From positions 1-39,473 of the forward strand of contig JBBSWH010000003.1 of assembly GCA_038046385.1 (NCBI GenBank): DNA of 39,473 bases. Reading direction: 5' to 3'. Source of the stretch: Nanobdellota archaeon. Lineage in GTDB: Archaea > Nanobdellota > Nanobdellia > Woesearchaeales > GW2011-AR4. Below are positions 1 to 9,754 of this stretch, piece by piece (position 1 is the stretch's first letter; every line of letters starts with the position of its first letter). Below the pieces are notes generated by a model. The model was not told the origin of the DNA. It did not search any database and saw only the letters and a program-made list of their open reading frames with translations. The position numbers and the translations under genes are program-made.

Positions 1-2
1 AT

Positions 3-215
3 GCATCTACTTCAGGATATGCTGGAAACTATAATGTGCAATTTTCAGATGATAATTCTTTATGGACAAACGCGGCAGCCGGATTTGTCCCGTCATCCTT
101 AGGATGGAATGAAAAAGCCTGGAGCAATCCGGGAAGCCACCGATATTGGAGGCTTTTTCTGACAAACACCCCTGGCCCAGGCTCATGGCTTAATGAGCTT
201 GAAATGTATACATAA
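3..215 (+). CDS. 3' end of a gene truncated by the window edge; C-terminal F5/8 type C (discoidin)-like domain
   Basis: My translation of frame 3: ASTSGYAGNYNVQFSDDNSLWT...HRYWRLFLTN...WLNELEMYT*. The VQxSxDxxxW, RYWRL and ELE pattern is typical of F5/8C domains. Confidence 0.7.
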   Translation, partial: ASTSGYAGNYNVQFSDDNSLWTNAAAGFVPSSLGWNEKAWSNPGSHRYWRLFLTNTPGPGSWLNELEMYT

Positions 216-253
216 TATCAAATAATAAATATTCCATAAAGCAACAACTCAAC

Positions 254-2161
254 TCACGCATATGGAATATTCTCGTGGAATTTTATCCCATAAACGTAAA
301 CATAATTCCAGAAAATGCCCTTTTTTCTTGCGACAAAAACTGAAAAGCCAGAATCCCGGAATATTTTTTCTATTGCCTTGTCATCTGAAAGCCACGCTGA
401 ATTCGGTATTATCTTGAAAAAATCTGCGTAGTCGACAAAAACAATTTTTCCTCCGTATGGAAGAAGGCTTCGCATCTCTTTCAATACTTTTTTTATGTCC
501 TGCAGGTAGCCCATCATGCCTATGCTGACAATGGCGTCAACGTGCGGCACAGAAGGATGCACTCGGTTTATCTGATGCTCATCATGGATGACAACAACAT
601 GATAATGCCCCTTTTTCATGAGCCTGTTTCTTGTTATTGTGACTTCTTTTTCTGACAGGTCTGTTGCATAGACTTTTCCGTTTGGCTTGACTTTTTCAGC
701 AAGGTCCATTGTCAATGTTCCGACTGAACAGCCGAATTCAAGAAGGCTCTTTGCTTTTATGTCTCCGAGAAGCGCTATTATTTCTTTTCTGACGCTTTTT
801 GGCAGTATAAACCTTTCAAGAAATAATGTGAAATAGGCAAGAAAATCATTTATTTTTATTATTGTGTCGGGATTATAGTATGTTTCCAGAAGAAGATAAA
901 TCGGGATTCCGACAACAACAAAAGAAAAGCCGAGCTTCAAAAGGCTTATGGCTTCAGGGTCTGAAGACACCCAGACCCATATAATTGATACGATGAAGCC
1001 AGTGAGGAGGAGTGTCCCGATTTTTGCAAACGGAACCCTGAATGTTCTTTTTATCCCCGGCTCCCTTATTCTAAGCACAGGCACTGCGATTATTATGAAA
1101 AGATAAAGCAATAATCCCAATGGCAGAAGAAGCTTGAGCAGCTGGGTGTACTTTCCAAATGCCATTGCAAAAATAAGCAATGATACAACTGTTTGAAAAA
1201 TAATTGCCTTGTAAGGTGTCTTAAATTTTTCGTGTATGCTGCTGAACTGGTGGATGAACAGTTTATCCCTTGCAAGCGCAAGAATCAGCCTTGGCATTGT
1301 TATTATCTCCCCGGCTGCAGACCCGATAAGCGAAATGAAAATGCCCAAGTTGACAAGACCAACACCTATGCCGCCAATTGAGTGCTCTGCCACCAGCGAA
1401 AGAGGCGTCTGCGATATTGAAAGTATCTTCCACGGAATAACTCCAAGGGAGACTACAGCGACGAGGATTCCCATCAATCCGACAATTATTGTTCCGATTA
1501 TAAGCGCCTTTGGAATAACCTTTTCCGGCTCATTTGTCTCCTCTGCAAGATATGTTGCAGATTCCCAACCGAAAAAACTTTCCGCTATGAAAAATAGAGT
1601 TATGAAAATAGAAGAAGCGCCGAATGCGAAAAAAGGAAAATAGTTTGATGTATCCACCTTGAAAGCGCCCGGCACAACTATTGAAACCACGAGGCCTATT
1701 GCGATGACAGCAAAAAGAACAAGCATGAAGGCGCTTGCCTCAATCCCGATGTAGGCGATTATATTCAGGGCTATTATGAAAAAAACACTTATGCCGAGCT
1801 TGAGCCATACCTGCGACGGATCCGGGATAAGATAATTTATTGCAGCAACAACAACAAGCGCTGTTGTCAAGTTTCCGACTATCCATGCCAGCCAGCCCAC
1901 CATGAACGATGTCGGCCTGTTGTATGCCTTTTTGCTGAATTCATAAACTCCGCCGGCTTTGGGATACATTGATACCAGTTCTGCAAAATACATGCTTATG
2001 TAGACTGCAATGATTGTCAAAATTATCCATGCAATTATTGATGCGTTTCCTGAATAGCCTGCTGCTATCGAAGCCCCAAAGAAAAGGCCGGTGCCCATTA
2101 TTGAGCCAACTGCTAATGAAAGCATGGTCCAGAAGCCCAATGCCCTCTTTAATTCTGCCAT
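254..2161 (-). CDS. APC-family amino acid permease fused to a C-terminal class I SAM-dependent methyltransferase domain
   Basis: LKRALG, GSIMGTGLF, PKAGGVYEF, FFGWE...LAEE and TPYKAI are APC motifs over about 12 TM segments. C-terminal EFGCSVG...ATDLS...LLPYGGKIVFVD is a Rossmann MTase. Start moved to ATG 2161 (MAELKR); the ORF track begins at TTG 2194. Confidence 0.88.
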   Translation of the reverse strand: MAELKRALGFWTMLSLAVGSIMGTGLFFGASIAAGYSGNASIIAWIILTIIAVYISMYFAELVSMYPKAGGVYEFSKKAYNRPTSFMVGWLAWIVGNLTTALVVVAAINYLIPDPSQVWLKLGISVFFIIALNIIAYIGIEASAFMLVLFAVIAIGLVVSIVVPGAFKVDTSNYFPFFAFGASSIFITLFFIAESFFGWESATYLAEETNEPEKVIPKALIIGTIIVGLMGILVAVVSLGVIPWKILSISQTPLSLVAEHSIGGIGVGLVNLGIFISLIGSAAGEIITMPRLILALARDKLFIHQFSSIHEKFKTPYKAIIFQTVVSLLIFAMAFGKYTQLLKLLLPLGLLLYLFIIIAVPVLRIREPGIKRTFRVPFAKIGTLLLTGFIVSIIWVWVSSDPEAISLLKLGFSFVVVGIPIYLLLETYYNPDTIIKINDFLAYFTLFLERFILPKSVRKEIIALLGDIKAKSLLEFGCSVGTLTMDLAEKVKPNGKVYATDLSEKEVTITRNRLMKKGHYHVVVIHDEHQINRVHPSVPHVDAIVSIGMMGYLQDIKKVLKEMRSLLPYGGKIVFVDYADFFKIIPNSAWLSDDKAIEKIFRDSGFSVFVARKKGIFWNYVYVYGIKFHENIPYA

Positions 2162-2477
2162 TGAGTTATAGCTGGGACTAAAATTTAAAAACAAGCGTAT
2201 ATACTAGGGTGTAGTAACTTAATAAGAATTTATAAAATAAGATTTATTCTAATTTATTAATTAATTATGTTCGGCTTTGCCTCACAATGATTAGTGCTCG
2301 GGTTTCGCTCGGTTGCCAGTCGCTCAACCCTCGCCTATACATTGTAACTCAATACTTTATCTCGGACTACACATTCCTAAATACCTTTATATGAAGAAAA
2401 TCCATAGGATTTTCAAATATAAAGGTAGGAGACATAGTCTCCATACCTTTATAAAGCATAAATCTCTCCTCTTTATT

Positions 2478-3182
2478 ATGAAAATAATGATGGTTGAAGG
2501 GCGATACAAAGGGCAGATTAACCTATCAAATTTAGATGCATCCAAGCTTCCAAATACGCTTGGGTTGGCTACAACAGTGCAGTTTATCGACTATGTTGAT
2601 GAAATCAAAAGTTTTCTTGAGAAGCACGGGAAAACTGTGTTTATAGACAAGATGAGGCAGAAATATGAAGGACAGCTTCTTGGGTGCGACCAGGGGGGCG
2701 CGGAAAAGATAAAAGACAAAGTTGACGCGTTTCTTTATTTTGGAACTGGCGTATTTCATCCTCTTGGAATTGCAATAAATGTTGACCGTGATGTATTCTG
2801 CTACGATCCACTGCACGGAATTTTCTCCAAAATAGACTCAAAGCAGGTTGAAACTTACAACAAGAAAAGAAAAGGCGCTTATTTGAAATACCTCCATTCA
2901 AAAGAAATCGGAATGCTTGTTTCAATGAAGCCGGGCCAGAATAATTTTAAGAAAGCGGCAGATATGAAAAAACAGCTTGTCGCAATGGGCAAGAACTGCT
3001 ACATATTTGTATTTGACACTTTGGATTTCAACCAGATAGAAAATTTTCCTTTTGTGGAATGCTGGGTTAACACTGCATGCAACAGGATACTTGATGATTA
3101 TGATAAATTTCCAAGGCCTTTAGTGGATTTAAGCGACATAGAAAAAATAGAGAAGACTCAGTTGCTTACGATAAAGAAATAA
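2478..3182 (+). CDS. dph2: Diphthamide synthesis protein Dph2-like, short form (234 aa)
   Basis: LATTVQF, GQLLGCD, GTGVFHPL, GMLVSMKPGQ and VNTACNRI motifs. ATG 2478 lies about 25 nt after TTTATAAA (2448-2455), consistent with a leaderless start. Confidence 0.85.
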   Translation: MKIMMVEGRYKGQINLSNLDASKLPNTLGLATTVQFIDYVDEIKSFLEKHGKTVFIDKMRQKYEGQLLGCDQGGAEKIKDKVDAFLYFGTGVFHPLGIAINVDRDVFCYDPLHGIFSKIDSKQVETYNKKRKGAYLKYLHSKEIGMLVSMKPGQNNFKKAADMKKQLVAMGKNCYIFVFDTLDFNQIENFPFVECWVNTACNRILDDYDKFPRPLVDLSDIEKIEKTQLLTIKK

Positions 3183-3449
3183 TCATTTCTTCTTTTTCTG
3201 CTCTGAAAGCAAAAATATCAGCGCTTTCATCTCACTAAGCTCTTTTCTTGATAAGTCTACAATCAGGCTGAGCATGATGAACAGTACAAGCAGTATGAGC
3301 CAGCTGAATATTGTTATGACCATCATCCAGCTTAATTTATGGCCTTCCAGCGAATACATCGTGTTTATAAGATGGAATCCCAGCAGGCCTGCGCCCACTC
3401 CTACAGCAAGGAGTATGAAATCAAAAGGATTCATCTTGTTGGCTGGCAT
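3183..3449 (-). CDS. Small 2-TM membrane protein
   Basis: Two hydrophobic helices and a basic tail. Start uncertain (GTG 3503, ATG 3449 or ATG 3434). Confidence 0.65.
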   Translation of the reverse strand: MPANKMNPFDFILLAVGVGAGLLGFHLINTMYSLEGHKLSWMMVITIFSWLILLVLFIMLSLIVDLSRKELSEMKALIFLLSEQKKKK

Positions 3450-3613
3450 TTCTATAACCTTCGAATTGTATGAGAAGGTTTGTTGAGCTATGCTCAACTT
3501 CACCTCTTTTTTATGCTGTTCAGCGACAAACTATTATATAAACCTTGTTATGCTGTTTTTGATATAACACAACATTTATAATATCTTTATACTATTCCAG
3601 CATCGTAACAAAA

Positions 3614-6232
3614 ATGGTAGACAAAGAACTCAAGCTAAAAGTTGCAGAAGCCATTCAGGATGATGTCAATAAGGGCATTGTCAGGATTGATTCAGGCTAT
3701 CTTTCTGAAGTAGACATAAAGCCAGGTGATATAGTTGAGATTGAAGGCGAGAGGAAGACAGTTGCAATTGCAGACCGTTCATATCCGGGAGATATTGGAT
3801 TGAACATAATAAGGATGGACGGCATCATAAGAAAGAATTCCAAGACCGGAATAGGCGAGATTGTAAAGATTAGGAAAGCTGTTGTAAAGGAAGCAAAAAA
3901 GATTATCATAGCGCCTGCAAGGAAAGGAATTGTTATCAGAGCAAGCCCTGAAATATTCAAGCAGGGCCTTTTAGGAAGGGCAGTTGTCAAAGGAGATATT
4001 GTATCATTAGGCGGGGCAAGAAGAAGAAAATCAACTATGGCGAATAACCCATTTTTTGATGAGGATATTTTTAACATTCTTGATGAAAGCATGATGGGAA
4101 TTGGATTTGGAGACATCAAATTTGTTGTGATTGACACAAACCCAAAAACGCCTGTTATAATCCTTGATACAACAGAAATAGAATTCAGGTCAGAAGCTGT
4201 TGAGATTGAAGAGGAAAGGGTGCCTGAAGTTTCTTATGAAGATGTAGGCGGCTTAGAAGATGAAATCAAAAAAGTCAGGGAAATGGTGGAATTGCCATTG
4301 AAACATCCGGAAATATTTGAACGCCTTGGAATAGAGGCGCCAAAAGGAGTTTTGCTGCACGGTCCCCCAGGCACAGGAAAGACGCTGCTTGCAAAAGCGG
4401 TTGCAAACGAAACGAATTCGCATTTTATTTTAATAAACGGGCCTGAGATAATGTCAAAGTATTACGGCCAGTCAGAAGAAAATCTGCGCAAGAAATTTGA
4501 AGAAGCAGAAAAGAATGCGCCTTCAATCATTTTCATCGATGAGATTGATGCAATTGCATCAAAAAGAGAAGAGACAAGAGGCGAAGTTGAAAGGCGTGTT
4601 GTTGCGCAGATGCTTGCACTGATGGACGGATTGCAGGCAAGAGGGAAAGTAGTTGTTATTGCGGCAACAAACGTTCCAAACATACTTGACCCAGCATTGA
4701 GAAGGCCGGGAAGATTTGACAGAGAGATAGAAATTGGAGTCCCAAGCAAAGAGGGAAGGCTGAACATTCTTAAAATTCACACAAGAAACATGCCGATGTT
4801 CACAAAAGAGAACCTTGTCAAGGAAAGCAATTTTGAAACAGAATACAAGGAAGCTTTATTGAGCCTTATAAGAAATAAAGATGCAAACTCAAGAAGCCTT
4901 GAAAAGACAATAAGCAAATATGTTGCTGAAAATCCTGAGAAAAACGAGCTTTTCAAGAAAATTGACATTCTAAAGCTGAAAAAATATATGGACAGCGTTG
5001 CAAATGATTTCAAGGTTGTTTCTTTGAAGGAGCTTGCAGAAGTCACCCATGGATTTGTCGGCGCAGATTTGTCTTCATTGGCAAAAGAAGCCGCAATGAT
5101 AGTTCTAAGAAAAGTACTTCCAGACATCAAATTAAAAGAAAATGAGCCGCTTCCAAAAGAATTATTAGAGAAGCTTGTAATAAATCAGCATGATTTCAAG
5201 GATGCATTAAAAGTTGTAAGGCCATCAGCATTAAGGGAAGTTCTTGTTGAGATTCCAAATGTAAAATGGTTTGACATTGGCGGGCTTGAAAACGTGAAGC
5301 AGGAGCTTATCGAGGCTGTTGAATGGCCATTAAAACATCCAGAGGCTTTTGCAAGGCTTGGAGTAAGGCCTCCAAGAGGAATATTGCTTTATGGTCCGCC
5401 CGGAGCAGGCAAGACGCTGCTTGCAAAGGCTGTTGCAAATGAATCAGAAGCTAATTTTATTTCTGTAAAAGGGCCGGAAATGCTTTCAAAATGGGTTGGA
5501 GAAAGCGAAAAGGCAGTTAGGGAAATTTTTAAGAAAGCACGGCAGGTAAGTCCGTGCGTAATATTTTTTGATGAAGTTGATGCTCTTGCTCCAAAAAGGG
5601 GAGTTAGTTCAGACAGCAATGTAACAGAACGCGTTGTTAACCAGCTGCTGACAGAGATTGACGGACTTGAAGCCCTGCACGATGTTGTTGTGATTGCAGC
5701 AACAAACAGGCCGGATATAATGGATGCTGCTCTGCTAAGGCCGGGAAGATTTGACAGAATGATTTTAACGCCAATACCAGATGAGAAATCAAGGCTTGAA
5801 ATTTTCAAAGTTCACACTAAAAATATGCCAATCGGTGTTGCAGAAGAGCAAAAAATAAAAAACAAAAAAATGATTGCTGCAAAAACCAATGGAAAATCAG
5901 AAACATCAACAGAGTTTGATATCGACGCAAAATCAATCTTCAACGGCTCTGAAATAAAAAGCAGAGATGATTTATTAAAGACACTTGCAAAAAACACAGA
6001 AGGTTATGTCGGCGCAGACATTGAAGCAATAGCAAGAGAAGCCGCAATACTTGCTTTGAGAGAAGATATAAACACAAAAGAAATTTATCCAAGGCATTTT
6101 GAAAAATCTTTGCAGAAAGTAAGACCTTCTGTGACAAAGGAAGTGGAGAAGTACTATGAAGAGCTGAGCAGCGAATTGACTGCTGCAAGAGCCAAGCAGA
6201 TGCTTAACGACAGGCCTGCTTATATGGGCTGA
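3614..6232 (+). CDS. cdc48: Cdc48/VAT AAA+ ATPase
   Basis: N domain plus two AAA modules ([14 protein letters not shown] and [14 protein letters not shown]), RPGRFDR twice, C-terminal YMG HbYX-like tail. Confidence 0.97.
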   Translation: MVDKELKLKVAEAIQDDVNKGIVRIDSGYLSEVDIKPGDIVEIEGERKTVAIADRSYPGDIGLNIIRMDGIIRKNSKTGIGEIVKIRKAVVKEAKKIIIAPARKGIVIRASPEIFKQGLLGRAVVKGDIVSLGGARRRKSTMANNPFFDEDIFNILDESMMGIGFGDIKFVVIDTNPKTPVIILDTTEIEFRSEAVEIEEERVPEVSYEDVGGLEDEIKKVREMVELPLKHPEIFERLGIEAPKGVLLHGPPGTGKTLLAKAVANETNSHFILINGPEIMSKYYGQSEENLRKKFEEAEKNAPSIIFIDEIDAIASKREETRGEVERRVVAQMLALMDGLQARGKVVVIAATNVPNILDPALRRPGRFDREIEIGVPSKEGRLNILKIHTRNMPMFTKENLVKESNFETEYKEALLSLIRNKDANSRSLEKTISKYVAENPEKNELFKKIDILKLKKYMDSVANDFKVVSLKELAEVTHGFVGADLSSLAKEAAMIVLRKVLPDIKLKENEPLPKELLEKLVINQHDFKDALKVVRPSALREVLVEIPNVKWFDIGGLENVKQELIEAVEWPLKHPEAFARLGVRPPRGILLYGPPGAGKTLLAKAVANESEANFISVKGPEMLSKWVGESEKAVREIFKKARQVSPCVIFFDEVDALAPKRGVSSDSNVTERVVNQLLTEIDGLEALHDVVVIAATNRPDIMDAALLRPGRFDRMILTPIPDEKSRLEIFKVHTKNMPIGVAEEQKIKNKKMIAAKTNGKSETSTEFDIDAKSIFNGSEIKSRDDLLKTLAKNTEGYVGADIEAIAREAAILALREDINTKEIYPRHFEKSLQKVRPSVTKEVEKYYEELSSELTAARAKQMLNDRPAYMG

Positions 6233-6258
6233 TTTGATTTAAATTTTAAAAATACAAC

Positions 6259-6924
6259 ATGTGCTTTACCCCTATAATCTCATTTTTAACTTTTGCTATA
6301 GAGCTTGCTTTAGCAGTTTATATAATAAAATTAAACCCCAAAAAGAGCCTTAATATCATAAGCGCCACCATACTTTTTTTCCTTGGGGCTTACCAATTCA
6401 GCGAGTTTGGCCTATGCACATCAAATAATTCTTTACTATGGGCAAAAATAGGATTTATATCTTATACAGTGCTTCCTGTATTGGGGGTTCATTGGGCGTT
6501 AATACTTAAAAAAAGCAAAGAAAAAATATGGCCGGTTTACGTTCTTCCTGCATCTTTTATTGCTTTAGCTGCAGCCAATGCAGGATTTGTCAAATATGCA
6601 GAATGCTCCTGGCTTTTTGTAAATGTCGTATACCAGTGGAGCTTTTTATGGTCATGGGTCTACAAATCATATTATGCCATCCTGTTAGTCATGGGCGCAG
6701 CAATCCTTCTAAAGTCCATAGCAAATGAAAACAATAAAAAACGAAGGTTACTCTATATACTTGGACTTGCCGGATACTTTTCATTCACTTTCCCGACTTT
6801 CTTTTTCATTTTGCTGCTCCCGTCATTTAATATATACTTCCCATCAATACTCTGCCATTTCGCGATTTTGTTTGCAATAATAATTGCATATGTGATTTAT
6901 CTTGACAGCAAAATGAGTTTGTAA
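6259..6924 (+). CDS. 7-TM membrane protein resembling a stand-alone N-terminal 7TM sensor module
   Basis: MCFT start, about 7 hydrophobic helices, Q-x-x-E and PSILCHFA motifs. Confidence 0.7.
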   Translation: MCFTPIISFLTFAIELALAVYIIKLNPKKSLNIISATILFFLGAYQFSEFGLCTSNNSLLWAKIGFISYTVLPVLGVHWALILKKSKEKIWPVYVLPASFIALAAANAGFVKYAECSWLFVNVVYQWSFLWSWVYKSYYAILLVMGAAILLKSIANENNKKRRLLYILGLAGYFSFTFPTFFFILLLPSFNIYFPSILCHFAILFAIIIAYVIYLDSKMSL

Positions 6925-7037
6925 AGAGAAGAATAGATGAGTGCCTGTTTATATTTTCAATTCTAACCTTTTTGCCTGCAATAAACCTTTCATTATAATT
7001 CGCAAACTTTATATAAGCCTCCTCCCTCTGTTTTTTC

Positions 7038-8336
7038 ATGAAACCAGAATACGGAGATTCTATAAAAGTTGAAACTGATACTAATTCTTATGAAGGAATC
7101 CTGATGCCGCGGCCTGAAATACTTGAAAAAGGGATAATTGTTGTCAAATTATCAAATGGGTACAACATAGGGATAAGAGAAAGCAGGATAAAAAAAATCG
7201 AAATAGTTAAAAAATATGAGAAGCCAAAAGGAAAAGAAAAAATAAATCACCATTCTGACAAAAAACTTCCAAATGTTTCAATTCTGTCATTTGGCGGGAC
7301 AATATCGTCCAAAATAGATTACAAAACGGGAGGGGTTTACGCAGATTACACTGCAGAGGACTTTATAGAGATGGTGCCGGAACTGAAGCACATAGCAAAC
7401 TTAAAGGCAGAAAAAGTGATAAACATAATGAGCGAAGATTTTTCTCCTGAAGTATGGCAGTTGATGGCTAAAAGAATTGCAGATGAGTTAAATGATGAAA
7501 AAGTTGACGGGGTTGTTGTAACCCACGGAACAGACACGCTTCATTTCTCTACAGCAGCAATATCATTTTTTTTAAGAAATTTAAACAAGCCCGTTGTATT
7601 TACAGCTTCTCAAAGAAGCATCGATCGCGGATCATCAGATGCATTCTCTAATCTACTTTGTGCAGTTCATGCTGCTGCAAAGTTTGATGGTGCAGCTGTT
7701 GTCACGTGCATGCATGGAACAAGCAGCGATGGATACTGCATACTAAACAGAGGCACTAAAGTCAGGAAGATGCACACCAGCAGAAGGGATTCTTTCAGGC
7801 CGATAAACGAGCTGCCACTCGCAAAAGTGCATGAAGACGGAAAAATAGAAATCACAAATTCTAATTATATTAAGAGAAATGACAACAAGGTGGTGGTTGA
7901 ATCAGGTTTTGAGCATAAGACTGGGCTAGTGCATGTTTATCCCGGCATTGATCCTGAAATACTTGACCACTACAGGCAGAAAAAATACAAGGGGATAGTG
8001 ATAGCTGCCACAGCCCTTGGGCACGTGCCGACTTTAAATCCACAGTATTCCTTGCTCAACAAGCTGAAGGAACTGGTAAGCAACGGCGTTTCTGTCGTCA
8101 TAGCCACACAGACAATCTACGGAAGGGTTCACCCTTATGTCTATACAAACCTAAGGAAGCTTTCAATGGGACTTAACTGCATATTTGCAGAGGATATGAT
8201 GCCGGAAGTTGCGTATATCAAGCTTGGATGGGTTTTGTCGCAGGCAAAGGATGTTGAGGAAGTCAAGGAGATGATGCTCACAAATTATGCAGGCGAGATA
8301 ACAGAGAAGAGCGATACTGGATCGTTTTTGTACTAA
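7038..8336 (+). CDS. gatD: Glu-tRNA(Gln) amidotransferase subunit D
   Basis: VKLSNGYNIG N-domain, GGTISS, HGTDT and KMHTSRRDSF motifs; immediately upstream of gatE. Confidence 0.96.
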   Translation: MKPEYGDSIKVETDTNSYEGILMPRPEILEKGIIVVKLSNGYNIGIRESRIKKIEIVKKYEKPKGKEKINHHSDKKLPNVSILSFGGTISSKIDYKTGGVYADYTAEDFIEMVPELKHIANLKAEKVINIMSEDFSPEVWQLMAKRIADELNDEKVDGVVVTHGTDTLHFSTAAISFFLRNLNKPVVFTASQRSIDRGSSDAFSNLLCAVHAAAKFDGAAVVTCMHGTSSDGYCILNRGTKVRKMHTSRRDSFRPINELPLAKVHEDGKIEITNSNYIKRNDNKVVVESGFEHKTGLVHVYPGIDPEILDHYRQKKYKGIVIAATALGHVPTLNPQYSLLNKLKELVSNGVSVVIATQTIYGRVHPYVYTNLRKLSMGLNCIFAEDMMPEVAYIKLGWVLSQAKDVEEVKEMMLTNYAGEITEKSDTGSFLY

Positions 8337-8337
8337 G

Positions 8338-9747
8338 ATGAAAATAAATTACGAAGAAATCGGATTCAGGTGCGGCCTGGAGATACACCAGCAGCTCGAA
8401 GGAAAAAAATTGTTTTGCAACTGCGCTACTTTGAATGTGGATAAAGAAGCAGATACAAGAATTGAAAGAAAGCTTCGCGCTGTTGCAGGAGAAACCGGAA
8501 TTGTAGATATCACGGCAGAGTTTGAAATGACAAAAAACAAGAGGTTCTTTTACGAGAGCAGTTCCTACGATACGTGCCTTGTTGAATATGACGAGGAGCC
8601 GCCGCATTCTTTGAACAAGAATGCGCTTGAAACAGCATTAAAAGTCTCATTATTGCTCAATGCAGAAATCGTTGATGAAATCCAGATAATGAGAAAAACT
8701 GTCATAGACGGATCAAATGTTTCAGGTTTTCAAAGAACTGCGCTGGTTGCGATGAATGGATTTATTGACACCCCTTACGGCAAAATAAAAATTTCTACAA
8801 TATGCCTCGAAGAAGAATCGGCCCAGAAGCTAGACGAAGGAAAAGATTTTGCAAAATACAAGCTCGACAGGCTCGGAATTCCTCTGCTCGAGATAGCAAC
8901 AGATCCAGACATAAAAAGCCCGGAAGAGGCAAAGGATGTTGCAGCTTACATAGGGATGGTTTTGAGAAGCGTAGATAATGTTAAAAGAGGACTTGGAACA
9001 ATAAGGCAGGACGTAAACGTTTCAATAAAAGACACCGGGAGGGTAGAAATAAAGGGATTTCAGGACCTAAAAAGCATTCCGAAAGTGATTGAATACGAGG
9101 TAAAAAGGCAGCTTGAAGTTGCAAAGAAACAAGAAAAACTATCAAATGAGGTAAGGAAAGCAGAGCCAGATTTCACAACTTCTTATCTTAGACCAATACC
9201 GAGCGGAGCAAGACTTTATCCGGAAACTGATGTTTTGCCGACAACGATAAATGATGAATATATTGCTAAATTGAAGAAATCATTGCCAAAATTAAAATCA
9301 GAAAAGCTGGAAGAGTTTTCTGCAAAGTATAATATTTCAAAAGAGCATGCAAAAGAGCTTATTGACAACAACGATTTTGAATATTTGCAGGACAAATTCA
9401 GCGATAAAGACATTTCTGTCATAATGAGGGTGCTTCTCAATACTTCAAATGAAATAAAATCAAAATTAAATTCGGAAGATTTTGAAGAAATATTGAATTA
9501 TTATTTCGACGGTAAGATAGCGAAGGAAGCGATAACGGAGCTGCTGGAGAAAAAATCAAAAGGAGAAAAAATAGACTTAATACAATTTGAAGGCGTTTCA
9601 GACAGCCATCTTGAGAATGAAATTGAAAAAATTATAAAAGAAAAGCCAGGACTAAACTCCGGAGCTTATATGGGGCTGGCTATGGCGAAGTTCAGGGGGA
9701 AAGCAGACGGGAAGAAAGTGATGGATATTGTTAAGAAATTTCTATAG
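8338..9747 (+). CDS. gatE: Glu-tRNA(Gln) amidotransferase subunit E, short form
   Basis: GLEIHQQL, KLFC, DEEPPH, DGSNVSGFQRT, LDRLGIPLLEIAT, RGLGTIRQDVNVSI, RLYPETD and C-terminal MGLAM..RGKADGK. Confidence 0.96.
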   Translation: MKINYEEIGFRCGLEIHQQLEGKKLFCNCATLNVDKEADTRIERKLRAVAGETGIVDITAEFEMTKNKRFFYESSSYDTCLVEYDEEPPHSLNKNALETALKVSLLLNAEIVDEIQIMRKTVIDGSNVSGFQRTALVAMNGFIDTPYGKIKISTICLEEESAQKLDEGKDFAKYKLDRLGIPLLEIATDPDIKSPEEAKDVAAYIGMVLRSVDNVKRGLGTIRQDVNVSIKDTGRVEIKGFQDLKSIPKVIEYEVKRQLEVAKKQEKLSNEVRKAEPDFTTSYLRPIPSGARLYPETDVLPTTINDEYIAKLKKSLPKLKSEKLEEFSAKYNISKEHAKELIDNNDFEYLQDKFSDKDISVIMRVLLNTSNEIKSKLNSEDFEEILNYYFDGKIAKEAITELLEKKSKGEKIDLIQFEGVSDSHLENEIEKIIKEKPGLNSGAYMGLAMAKFRGKADGKKVMDIVKKFL

Positions 9748-9754
9748 TATTCTT

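Noticed and set aside
2313-2477. N-terminal extension of Dph2
   Set aside because: TTG start within a palindromic element; the region contains TATA boxes and shows no Dph2 domain-1 motif.
4796-5015. Intein in Cdc48
   Set aside because: No N-terminal Cys/Ser block A and no His-Asn/Cys-Ser-Thr junction; too short and not at the usual Walker A site.
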